Assembly: GCA_964607465.1 (NCBI GenBank)
Contig: CAZSKS010000007.1
Location: 15,507-79,506, forward strand
Direction: 5' to 3'
Length of the DNA: 64,000 nt
DNA from: an uncultured Gemmatimonadota bacterium
Lineage (GTDB): Bacteria > Gemmatimonadota > Gemmatimonadetes > Palauibacterales > Palauibacteraceae
Positions 55,679-64,000 of this stretch are shown one piece after another (within the stretch, counting starts at the first letter, position 1; every line of letters starts with the position of its first letter). The notes below the pieces were generated by a model. The model worked only from the letters and a program-made list of their open reading frames with translations, did no database searches and had not been told where the DNA came from. The position numbers and the translations under genes were made by a program.

Positions 55679-57265
55679 TCAGCCTCCGTCCCGCTCCTGC
55701 CAGTCGACGGGCAGGAAGGAGCCCAGCGGACCCGGGAAGACGACCGGGCTCTCGAAGCCCCGCTCCGACACCGACGCCACGCCGAAGACGAAGTTGTCGA
55801 TCACCACGTTCTCCAGCGTATGCTCGGTGACGTCGCCCACGTACACGCTCTTCTGCCACTGGGGCGCGTCCGTCCGGCGCCAGTAGATCCGGTAGCCGGC
55901 CAGGTTCGGGGCCCGCTCCGGATCCGCCGCGTACCAGCTCAGGGTGGTGCTGGGCTCCACGGCCCCCTCGATCCGCACGCCCGTCGGGGGCGGCGGCGCC
56001 CAGGCGAGCGACGCCATGGTGGCCACGTTGAGCCCCGTCATCTTCGCGGCGAAGTCCACCTCCACCTCCTCCAGCACGTCGCCGTACTCCACGCCGTCCT
56101 CCACCCGGATGTCCTGGTGCTGGCGCCGGTAGTCCTCGTGGGCCTCCATGATCCGCACCGCCGGGTATCCCACGTCGTTGAAGGGCGTGTGGTGGCCGCC
56201 CCGGCCGAAGCGGTCCAGCCGGTAGATGAGCAGCACGTCCAGGTTCCGGATGTACTCGTCGGCGATGCGGTCCACGTAGCGCGCCAGGTTGCGCGAGGGC
56301 GAGTCGTTCTCCCCGCCCAGGTACCGCAGCGCCCCCCGCATGCGGTCGGTGGCGTCCTGGCGGATCGCCTGGGAGAAGACCCGCGCCACCGTGTTGTCGG
56401 CCACCCCGTCCTGCCCCTGGATGTTGCCGATCATGTCGTTGTTGAGGACCGCCTGGATCCGCCAGCCCTCCTCCTTCGCCTTCTCGGCCGTGATCCCGCC
56501 GCCGAAGAGGCCCTGCTCCTCGCCCGATAGCGCCGCATACACGATGGAGGCGTCGAACTCGTGCCGGCTCAGCACCCGAGCCGCCTCCAGGGTGCCCGCC
56601 ACCCCCGTGGCGTTGTCGTTGGCGCCGGGGGCTCGGGCCGTGTCGTTCATGACGTCGGAGACCCGGGAGTCGATGTCCCCCGCCATGACGACGTAGCGGT
56701 TCGGATCGGAGGTGCCCCGCTGGATGGCCAGGACGTTCACCACCTCCGTGCTGTCGGGGATCCGGCGCTCGCCGGCGATGACCCGGCGGTGGTAGACGAC
56801 CTCAAGGCAGCCGCCGCAGGCCTCGGAGATGCGCTCGAACTCCCCCTTGATCCAGCGGCGCGCGGCGCCGATCCCGCGGCTGTCGGAGACGGTGTCCGAC
56901 AGGGTGTGCCGGGTGCCGAAGCCCACCAGCGCCTCCAGGTCGGCCCGGATCCTGTCGGCCGACGGCGCCGCTCCCAGCGTCCGGAGGATGGGCTGGGAGC
57001 CCGGCGGCGCGACCTCGGGCAGACCCTCGGCCCCCGAGGTCTCGGGCAGGCTCTCGGCCGCCGTGGCGGCCTCGTCGGCCGTGCCGTCCTGCGCGGCAGC
57101 GGGCCCGGGCACGGAGGCGAGGAGCGCCGCGAGGGCGACGGCCAGGAGAGCGGTGAGCGCGGAACGGGGCGCGCCGCCTCCCGTCCGGGAGAGGGCAGCC
57201 GAGCGACGCCGGGTCGCGCCTCGCCTGCGCGCGACCTCGGACGCTGCGGGGGGGAGGACCGACAT
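55679..57265 (-). CDS. M28 family aminopeptidase with C-terminal FN3-like domain, secreted
   Basis: ORF 55679..57328. Start placed at ATG 57265. 'PGANDNATGVAG', 'ALSGEEQGLFGG', 'GGHHTPFND'. Confidence 0.8.
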   Translation of the reverse strand: MSVLPPAASEVARRRGATRRRSAALSRTGGGAPRSALTALLAVALAALLASVPGPAAAQDGTADEAATAAESLPETSGAEGLPEVAPPGSQPILRTLGAAPSADRIRADLEALVGFGTRHTLSDTVSDSRGIGAARRWIKGEFERISEACGGCLEVVYHRRVIAGERRIPDSTEVVNVLAIQRGTSDPNRYVVMAGDIDSRVSDVMNDTARAPGANDNATGVAGTLEAARVLSRHEFDASIVYAALSGEEQGLFGGGITAEKAKEEGWRIQAVLNNDMIGNIQGQDGVADNTVARVFSQAIRQDATDRMRGALRYLGGENDSPSRNLARYVDRIADEYIRNLDVLLIYRLDRFGRGGHHTPFNDVGYPAVRIMEAHEDYRRQHQDIRVEDGVEYGDVLEEVEVDFAAKMTGLNVATMASLAWAPPPPTGVRIEGAVEPSTTLSWYAADPERAPNLAGYRIYWRRTDAPQWQKSVYVGDVTEHTLENVVIDNFVFGVASVSERGFESPVVFPGPLGSFLPVDWQERDGG

Positions 57266-57396
57266 GATCACCTCTGGCTCGGGTGGGGGATGCGTGCCCG
57301 CCGACGTCTTCGGCGGCGACGGCGGCAACCTACGCGGAAAGGGGCCGGAACCCGAAGGCCCGGCCCCGCTCCGCCGTCCCGGACCGTGCCGGGGGG

Positions 57397-58734
57397 TCAG
57401 ATGTCCGGGTTGTTGTCCCGCTCGGCGTCGGGAAGCGGGAAGCAGGTCTGCGGATCCTGCACCGGGCTGGACGGGAAGAGGTCGAGATCGAACCGATCCA
57501 GGTACCGGCGCAGGTCACCCAGCCGCTTGCCCTCCATGAAGAGAGTCCGGGCGCGCTCGTCGAACAGCTTGAGGCGGATCTCCTGCTCGTCGCTCGAATC
57601 GAAATCCTGGGCGGCGAGGTCACCCTGGCCCCGGCCGTCGCCGTCGTCCCCACCGCTGCCGATGGCATCGCGGACGTCGTTGATGATGTCCACCGCCTGC
57701 TGTCCGCCCTGGATCTCGGCGACGTAGTACTGGGCCTCGAACCCGCTGGCGAGACGGATCGGAGCGGTGGGCACGCGATATTTGTCCAGCTGATACAGCT
57801 CGGCCGATCCGTCGGTCGTGAGGGGAATGGACGGATCCTGGAAGGCCTCGATCCGGGGATCGTCCTCGGAGGTGTCGTCGATGTCGAGGAACCGGTAGGC
57901 CGGATCCGTCGTGAACCGACGGGAGTCGCTCAGCATGTTCCAGATGTCGTTCTCCTCCTTCGCGCTGTTCGTGCTGTATACGGCGGCCACGAAGTCCCAG
58001 TCCAGCGGCACCTGCTCGGCGTCGGCCAGGGCCCCCTGAGTGTCGCCCATGTGCAGCCGGGCGCGGGCGCGCCCCACCAGCGAGGCACGCCGAACGTCCT
58101 GCGTCGCGTCGGAGGCGTCGATGGCCAGGCTGAACTCCTCCTCCGCCAGCGCGAACGTCTCCTGGGATGTGTGCTCCGGCCCGTCACCGTCGAAGGCCGT
58201 CGTGCAGAAGATCTCGCCGAGGGTCAGCTTCGCGTAGCCCGCGAGCATCGAGACCCTCGCCAGCTCCGCCGAGTTCTCGGGATCCGGAATCCGATCCGGG
58301 AAGTTGTCCGCCAGGATGTCCTCCTGGAGGAGGTTCGTCGTGAAAGCCGCCTTCTGCAGCGGCGTCCACAGCCCGTCGAACCCTTCCTCGACCTCGTCGG
58401 CGGCGCCGATGGTGCCGTTGTCCGTGGTGACCCGGCGCTCGTCCACCTCCTCGAACGCGCCGGCCGCCAGCTCGTCGGCGAACAGCCCGCTCCAGACGGA
58501 TGCCATGTCGTAGGAGAAGAAGAAGTCCGCCTCGGCTCCGACGAGCCGGGCCTCCAGGGACGTCGGGTTGTTCAGTTCCTCCCCCGGCACCGTGTTGGGG
58601 TTCTCGTCCACGTCCAGCAGGGCGTCACAGCCCGTCGTGAGGGCCAGGAGCGTGGTGAGGCCTACGGCGACGGCAAGAGGGAAGTCCGCGATCCGCGGAC
58701 TCGTCGGAGAGTCGCTCGATCGATGGTGGTCCAT
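57397..58734 (-). CDS. SusD/RagB-like outer-membrane lipoprotein
   Basis: ORF 57397..58776. Start placed at ATG 58734. Lipobox 'LLALTTGC'. C-terminal 'ERARTLFMEGKRLGDLRRY'. Downstream of a SusC-like gene. Confidence 0.7.
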   Translation of the reverse strand: MDHHRSSDSPTSPRIADFPLAVAVGLTTLLALTTGCDALLDVDENPNTVPGEELNNPTSLEARLVGAEADFFFSYDMASVWSGLFADELAAGAFEEVDERRVTTDNGTIGAADEVEEGFDGLWTPLQKAAFTTNLLQEDILADNFPDRIPDPENSAELARVSMLAGYAKLTLGEIFCTTAFDGDGPEHTSQETFALAEEEFSLAIDASDATQDVRRASLVGRARARLHMGDTQGALADAEQVPLDWDFVAAVYSTNSAKEENDIWNMLSDSRRFTTDPAYRFLDIDDTSEDDPRIEAFQDPSIPLTTDGSAELYQLDKYRVPTAPIRLASGFEAQYYVAEIQGGQQAVDIINDVRDAIGSGGDDGDGRGQGDLAAQDFDSSDEQEIRLKLFDERARTLFMEGKRLGDLRRYLDRFDLDLFPSSPVQDPQTCFPLPDAERDNNPDI

Positions 58735-58786
58735 GGCTTTCTCCCTGTCGTCGTCTGTCTCGCGTGAGCGTGGCATCGCCGCAGCC

Positions 58787-61700
58787 TCAGAAGCTGACCT
58801 GCAGGCCGCCGAAGACCGTCGGCGGCTGAGGGAGCGCGTTGTCCACCACGAACCGCAGGTTGTCCCTTGCCCCTTCCTGCTGGGACTCCGGATCCCAGGG
58901 CTCGGGAAAATCGTCGGCGGTGATGGTGAAGAGGTTACGGGCGCCCGCGTAGATCCGCGCGTTCCCCGAGCGGAAGGCGCGGCTCACCGACGTGGGAAGA
59001 CGGTAGCTGACCGACATCTCGCGGAACTTGATGAAGGTGCCGTCGTGGATCCACACCGCGTCGTGGTTACCGACGAGGCGATCCTGCTCCATCATGGCCT
59101 GGTCTTCCGGAGTCTCCTGGGTGTGGCGGAACGCCCAGCGCTCACCGAAGCGGGAGTTCGTCCCGGCCAGCGATCCAGGATTCCGGCCGTCCTCGGCCGC
59201 CGCGTAGAGCTCGTTCCCGCCCTTGCGGTCGAACAGGGCGAAGATCCGCAGATTGCCGAACAGGTTCAGGGTCGAGGACAGGCTCTGCGTGTTCGTCGGG
59301 AACGGCTGGCCGACGACCCTGCGCCCGCTGCCGTCGCCGAGCGTGCCCTCGGCGTACTGGATGGATCCCGGAACGATCTCGCCGTTCTCGTCCCGCTCGG
59401 CGTCGGTGATGACGCGGCTCACGTAGGCGCCGGGCGTCTCCCCTTCCGCGACGACCTGGGAGAAGCCGAGGAGGATCGGCCCCTCGCCCCCGAGATCGGT
59501 AACGACCGGATCGGTGGCGGACCACTGGAAGCGGAGGTTCCACCCCACGTCCTCGCGGTCCACCACCTGCCCGTCGAGGGCGAGCTCGAACCCGTCGTTG
59601 CTGAGCTCGGCGATGTTCTCGAACCGGTCGTTGGGAAAGCCGGCGGAGGGCGCGATGGGGCGACCGATGATCGCGTCCCTGGTCTTGCGGCTGAAGTAGG
59701 TGAAGTCGACGCCGATCCGGTCCTCCAGGACGCCGGCGTTGAAGCCCAGCTCGAACTCCTCGCTGCGCTCGGCGCCGAGATCCGGGTTGCCCGGATCCTG
59801 GGGGCTGAGCCCGGCCACCACGCCGCCGTCCCGGCCCAGCCGGGAGATGACGAACGTGCGGTCGGCGGCGAACTGGTCGGGGGACTGGTTGGCCTTCCCC
59901 CAGGCGGCGCGGACGCGGAGGCTGCTGACGAAGTCCACGTCCCAGCCCGGCAGGTCGCTGACGACAAGCGAAGCGTTCGCGCTGGGGGAGTAGATCTCCT
60001 CCTGGCGGTCGCCGAACGCGCTGTTGTCGTCCACCCGCAGGGCCCCGGTGACGAACAGGTAGTCGCGGAAGCTGAACCTCTGCTGGACGAAAGCCCCCAC
60101 CTCGACGTTCTCGAGCCGGTCCGAGAAGCCCCGCAGGTTCACCGCGGCGTCGCACGCCGTCGCCTGGTCATTGGGGAAGACCCGACCCTCGCAGGCGACC
60201 GTCTCCCGCAGGTTCTGGAAGTACTGGGCCCCGGCGGTGGTCGTGCCGGTGAGGTCCTCGTTGATGGGGAACTCCGCCGTGGCGGCGAAGTCTCCCGTCA
60301 GGGTCCGTCGGGTGTCGGCGGTGAGGAAGTTCTCCCCTCCGGCAGCGAAGCTGAACGGGATGTCCGGGTCGAAGGGGATCGCGTCCTGGAACTCGGTGCT
60401 CGCCACGTCCGTGCCCACCGTGCCCCGGAAGGTGAGCCAGTCGGACGGGGTCACGACCGCGACGGCCGAGGCGGTGAAGCGCTCCAGGTCCTGCTTGCTG
60501 ATGACGGCCTCGATCTTGTCGAAGGCGGCTCGCGTGTTCCCGTTGCGGTCGCAGAACGAGGGATCCTCACCCGCCAGGACGGTCGCCAGACAGTCCCCGC
60601 CGGTGCCGATCGACGCCATGGGGACCCCGTCGATGGCGTTGGCGAAGTACCCGCTGGTGTTGTTGCCGCTCTTGGGGAGGTTGATGGTGGAGTTGACGTA
60701 TCCCGCGCTGGTCTGGATGCTCACGACCTCGGACGGGTTCGTGCTGAAGTTGGCCCGGAAGTTGAGCCGCTCCACGTCGTTGCTCGGCAACACGCCTTCG
60801 TCGTTCTGATAGCGGATGGAGGAATAGTAGCTCAGGGCCTCGACCCCTCCGGCCGCCGACACGCTTCCGTTGGAGTTCCGCGCCGTGCGGAACGGTCGCG
60901 AGTCGGTGTCCATGAACGGGTTGTCGGCCACGTAGACCTGCCCGGTCAGCTCGTTCGTGCGCACGGGCCACTGGCTCAGGCGTGGATCATCGGCTCCCGT
61001 CACGAAGGGCGTGACGTCGGCGAGGTTGTCCGGATATTCGGCCCGATCCCATTGCGCGCCATGCTCCGTGCTCACGGTGATGCGAGGCGCGCCTCCCCCC
61101 TGCTCGCCCCGCTTGGTGGTGACGATGAGGACCCCCGGCGACGCCTCGCTTCCGTACAGGGCCGTGGCCGCGGGTCCCTTCACGACCTCGATGGACTCGA
61201 TGTCGGAGGGGGCCAGGTCGTTGAAGCGGGAGAAGGTCTGGCCCCGGTTGATCCCGACGTCGGTGTTCTGATCGGCCCGCACACCGTCGATGATGAGGAG
61301 GGGATTGTTGTCCTGCGTCAGGCTGTTGAGTCCCCGGACCCTGATGCGCGACCCGGAGCCCACGTTCCCGGAGGTCTGGCGAACCGTCACGTTCCCGGCC
61401 CGAGCGTTCAGGAGGCCGGAGAGATCCGACACGGCCGCCTTCTCCACCTCCTCGGCGGCGTTGATGGACGCGATGTCGGTACCCATCTGCCGCCGCGTCA
61501 CGGCTCCCGCCTCCACGGACGCGACCAGCTCCCTCAGCTGGACGGCGCTCACGGGAAGGACGAAGTCGATGGTTCGGCTCTCACCGGCCCGGACGGTCAC
61601 CTCGCGGGTGCTGGCCCGGCGACCGAGGGCGCTCGCCTGGACGCGGTGGGTTCCCGGCGGCACGGTGAGGCGGAACGAGCCTTCACTGTCGACGAACGTC

Positions 61701-61876
61701 CCCAGGTCCGTGTCCAGGACGCGGACGCTGGCGCCGGAGATGCTGGCACCCTGATCCGTTCGGACGGTACCCTGGATGACGGCGTCCTGGGCCTCGACCC
61801 CGGAAGCGGCCAGGCAGAGAAGCGACGCTGCAGCGATCGGGAGACTCGAGCGACGAACGGCGGAGGCGGAATCCAT
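58787..61876 (-). CDS. SusC/RagA-family TonB-dependent outer-membrane transporter
   Basis: ORF 58787..61954. Start placed at ATG 61876. CarboxypepD_reg-like 'GTVRTDQGASISGASVRVLDTDLGTFVDSEGSFRL'. Plug 'IESIEVVKGPAATALYGSEASPGVLIVTTKRG'. Ends 'GLQVSF'. Confidence 0.9.
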   Translation of the reverse strand: MDSASAVRRSSLPIAAASLLCLAASGVEAQDAVIQGTVRTDQGASISGASVRVLDTDLGTFVDSEGSFRLTVPPGTHRVQASALGRRASTREVTVRAGESRTIDFVLPVSAVQLRELVASVEAGAVTRRQMGTDIASINAAEEVEKAAVSDLSGLLNARAGNVTVRQTSGNVGSGSRIRVRGLNSLTQDNNPLLIIDGVRADQNTDVGINRGQTFSRFNDLAPSDIESIEVVKGPAATALYGSEASPGVLIVTTKRGEQGGGAPRITVSTEHGAQWDRAEYPDNLADVTPFVTGADDPRLSQWPVRTNELTGQVYVADNPFMDTDSRPFRTARNSNGSVSAAGGVEALSYYSSIRYQNDEGVLPSNDVERLNFRANFSTNPSEVVSIQTSAGYVNSTINLPKSGNNTSGYFANAIDGVPMASIGTGGDCLATVLAGEDPSFCDRNGNTRAAFDKIEAVISKQDLERFTASAVAVVTPSDWLTFRGTVGTDVASTEFQDAIPFDPDIPFSFAAGGENFLTADTRRTLTGDFAATAEFPINEDLTGTTTAGAQYFQNLRETVACEGRVFPNDQATACDAAVNLRGFSDRLENVEVGAFVQQRFSFRDYLFVTGALRVDDNSAFGDRQEEIYSPSANASLVVSDLPGWDVDFVSSLRVRAAWGKANQSPDQFAADRTFVISRLGRDGGVVAGLSPQDPGNPDLGAERSEEFELGFNAGVLEDRIGVDFTYFSRKTRDAIIGRPIAPSAGFPNDRFENIAELSNDGFELALDGQVVDREDVGWNLRFQWSATDPVVTDLGGEGPILLGFSQVVAEGETPGAYVSRVITDAERDENGEIVPGSIQYAEGTLGDGSGRRVVGQPFPTNTQSLSSTLNLFGNLRIFALFDRKGGNELYAAAEDGRNPGSLAGTNSRFGERWAFRHTQETPEDQAMMEQDRLVGNHDAVWIHDGTFIKFREMSVSYRLPTSVSRAFRSGNARIYAGARNLFTITADDFPEPWDPESQQEGARDNLRFVVDNALPQPPTVFGGLQVSF

Positions 61877-62271
61877 GACACGTCTCCGGCTAGTAGGGTC
61901 GGGAGTTCGACGGCACGTGGGAGAGACACGGTTCGCGGGAGACAGCACGGCCATGCGGCGCCGAATACTGCGAAAGCGGGGGTCGGGAGGATGGTAGTAG
62001 GGACGGACGACCCGGTCGGTGATCCGGGCCGACCCGCAGGCGGCTCGGTTCGAGAGCGCTTACCCCACCGGTACTGTCACCAGGTTATAGGTGACGATTC
62101 TGACAATCGATGCGGCACCTATACTCACACGTCGAGATCGTGTCAAGAATCTCGCCGCCGAGCGGGTCCGGGACCGGGCGTGCCTCCGCCGTCGACGCGG
62201 GCCACCGGATCCGACCCCGCCTCATCATGCAATTCCCTGGCACGAACGCCCATCGGGGAGGAGACCTGACC

Positions 62272-62724
62272 ATGGAGCCGACCCTGCGAACCGCCGAGTC
62301 CGACGACGTCGACCGCATCGTCCTCTTCAACCAGGCCCTGGCCCGGGAGTCCGAAGGGCGGGAGCTGGACCGGGCCACGCTCCGGACGGGGGTGGAGGCG
62401 CTGCTGGGCGATCCGGCGCGCGGCACCTACTGGCTGGCCGAGAAGGACGACGAGGTCGTGGCCCAGCTGCTGATCACCACCGAGTGGAGCGACTGGCGGA
62501 ACGCCGAGATCTGGTGGATCCAGAGCGTCTACGTCTCGAAGCGACACCGGCGGGAGGGCATCTACCGCGCCCTCCACGACAGGGTCCGGACGGAGGCGGT
62601 GCGGTCGGGGGCGGGCGGCCTGCGGCTCTACGTCGACCGGGACAACCGGCCGGCCCGGGACACCTACGAGGAGCTCGGCATGCGCCGCTCCCACTACGTC
62701 ATGTTCCAGGAGATGTGGCGGTGA
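62272..62724 (+). CDS. GNAT family N-acetyltransferase
   Basis: ORF 62110..62724. Start placed at ATG 62272 behind GGGGAGGAG. 'IQSVYVSKRHRREGIYRALHDRV'. Confidence 0.8.
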   Translation: MEPTLRTAESDDVDRIVLFNQALARESEGRELDRATLRTGVEALLGDPARGTYWLAEKDDEVVAQLLITTEWSDWRNAEIWWIQSVYVSKRHRREGIYRALHDRVRTEAVRSGAGGLRLYVDRDNRPARDTYEELGMRRSHYVMFQEMWR

Positions 62725-62824
62725 GGGACGCCGGATCGCGCGGTGCGCCCGACCGGCCGGGAGGGACGGTCGACGCGCCGATGCCAGGGGGTCGTCAGCT
62801 CAGACGCCAGCGGGGGGCGTCAGC

Positions 62825-63145
62825 TCACCGCCACTTGAAGGCCTCGAAGACCGTCCGGCAGCTGCGGCAGTAGTACTGGCTCACCGACACGGCGCTCCCG
62901 AAGGCGGAGAACTGCTCGCTGTCGGTCTCCCCGCAGTGGGGACAGCGCACCGAGTCGGGGAGGGCGTCGCTGTGCAGCGACGCGTCGGCGGCGTGGGTCG
63001 GGGGAGGGTCCGCGCGGCGGTCGGACCGGGGGCGGTCGCCCTCGCCGCGGTCCTCCACCTCCCGACCGGCGGCCGCGCGCTGTTCCTCGCCGTCGGCGGC
63101 GGCGTCCCGCTCGTCGCGGGGGCCGTCCTCCCGGTCGGTGCTCAT
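62825..63145 (-). CDS. PaaD-like zinc-ribbon protein with a disordered acidic/basic N-terminus
   Basis: C-terminal 'VRCPHCGETDSEQFSAFGSAVSVSQYYCRSCRTVFEAFKW' matches my recollection of the PaaD C-terminus. Lies directly downstream of a paaC-like gene. Confidence 0.6.
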   Translation of the reverse strand: MSTDREDGPRDERDAAADGEEQRAAAGREVEDRGEGDRPRSDRRADPPPTHAADASLHSDALPDSVRCPHCGETDSEQFSAFGSAVSVSQYYCRSCRTVFEAFKWR

Positions 63146-63159
63146 GGCCGCGGGCCGGC

Positions 63160-63963
63160 TCAGTCCATGAGGAGCGGGCGGTTCCGGTCGCCGCGCACCC
63201 GCTCGATGGTCCGGGCGTCCGGCCCCGGGGCGGCGGCCGGGCGCCGGGCCTCCGGCCGCCAGCCGTCCCAGTCGGGGGCGACGGAGCTGGTCCAGCGGCC
63301 GTCGCCGTCGGAGCCCGCCAGCTCGAGCCCCGCCTCACGGACGACCGGGCCCACCCGGGACATCCATCGGGACCGGAGCTCGTCCGGGCCGGCGTCCACG
63401 ATCCCCGTCTCCACCAGGGTGCCCATCCCGGCGTCCTCCTCCCGGCCGAACCAGCGGAGACACGCCTCCCAGGCCGGGGGAAAGGCCGCCTCCAGGGAGG
63501 CCCGTCCCTTCCCGGTGGAGGCGAGCCGCGCCGTCCAGCCCCGGCCGTGCTCAAAGTGGAATCGCTCCTCGTCCAGCAGCTTGCTCACCTTGTGGTGGAC
63601 GGGCTGGAACCGGCTCTCCTTCATGGCCTCGAACTGCACGGTCAGGGCGGTGTCCAGGAGGACGTTCAGGGCCAGAAGCTCCGGCCAGCCGTCGGGCTCC
63701 TCGTCCAGCAGCTCGCTGCACCGGTACGCCTCCGGATCGCGGCCGTGCTCCAGCTCGTCGGGGTCGCGGTCGAAGTCCCGGAGCATGGCGTACAGGATGC
63801 GGCCGTGCCCCCACTCGTCCTGCGCCATGGCCGAGCAGGCGATGCCGGCCTCCAGGGCGGGCGCCCCCAGGATCCAGTCCGCGTAGCGCATCCCCAGCAG
63901 CCGCTTGTTGTCGGCCAGGACCAGAAGCAGGTCCGCCAGGGGCTCCCTGGCTGCCTCCGGCAC
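63160..63963 (-). CDS. paaC: Phenylacetate-CoA oxygenase subunit PaaC-like (start uncertain, frame open to the window edge)
   Basis: 'LLLVLADNKRLLGMRYADWILGAPALEAGIACSAMAQDEWGHGRILY' is PaaC-like. GTG 63963 is a plausible start, but no in-frame stop occurs before base 64000. Confidence 0.7.
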   Translation of the reverse strand: MPEAAREPLADLLLVLADNKRLLGMRYADWILGAPALEAGIACSAMAQDEWGHGRILYAMLRDFDRDPDELEHGRDPEAYRCSELLDEEPDGWPELLALNVLLDTALTVQFEAMKESRFQPVHHKVSKLLDEERFHFEHGRGWTARLASTGKGRASLEAAFPPAWEACLRWFGREEDAGMGTLVETGIVDAGPDELRSRWMSRVGPVVREAGLELAGSDGDGRWTSSVAPDWDGWRPEARRPAAAPGPDARTIERVRGDRNRPLLMD

Positions 63964-64000
63964 CTCCCCGGCGGAGGCGTACGCCTCCCGGGCCGCCGAC

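Noticed and set aside
62096-62125. A sigma70-like promoter guess (CTGACA ... TATACT) and the inverted repeat GTCACC-N8-GGTGAC (62077-62096) upstream of the GNAT gene.
   Set aside because: The -35/-10 spacing is 14 nt for the best hexamers, which is too short. The promoter consensus for this lineage is unknown to me. This is not supportable as a feature.

Overview
This is a high-GC bacterial chromosome segment. It is rich in lipoproteins and has two SusC/SusD pairs; a Gemmatimonadota-like origin is my inference only. I support about 50 genes. The outer parts look like core genome. On the left: a PAS-GGDEF-EAL protein, a translationally coupled Ser/Thr kinase and SARP-type regulator, and an ArsR-flavoprotein-PLP enzyme cluster. 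On the right: typA, dnaE, accA, a PSP1/RicT-like gene, metG, an M23 peptidase, fadB-like, an M28 peptidase with SusC/SusD, and paaC/paaD. The centre (about 15.4-37.2 kb) looks lower in GC by eye and is organised around a tRNA-Ile(GAU) gene at 37165-37239 on the minus strand. A perfect 177-bp direct repeat (22463-22639 and 37031-37207) holds the last 43 nt of that tRNA plus 134 bp of downstream flank. A third, decayed copy lies at about 15362-15478. I read this as two related islands inserted one after the other at tRNA-Ile. I see no integrase, transposase or transfer gene in either island. The newer island carries a SusC/SusD-led operon with an S15 peptidase, a Cys/Cys proline racemase or epimerase, two M19-like dipeptidases and a D-aminoacylase-like enzyme. 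It also carries proline dehydrogenase and a GntR/FadR regulator, and a conserved motif occurs three times in its two promoter regions. The older island carries a MocR-controlled operon: decarboxylase, HAD::PhzF fusion and GNAT. I found no rRNA, CRISPR array or IS element. All calls rest on reading the ORF translations and hand alignment; no database search was possible.
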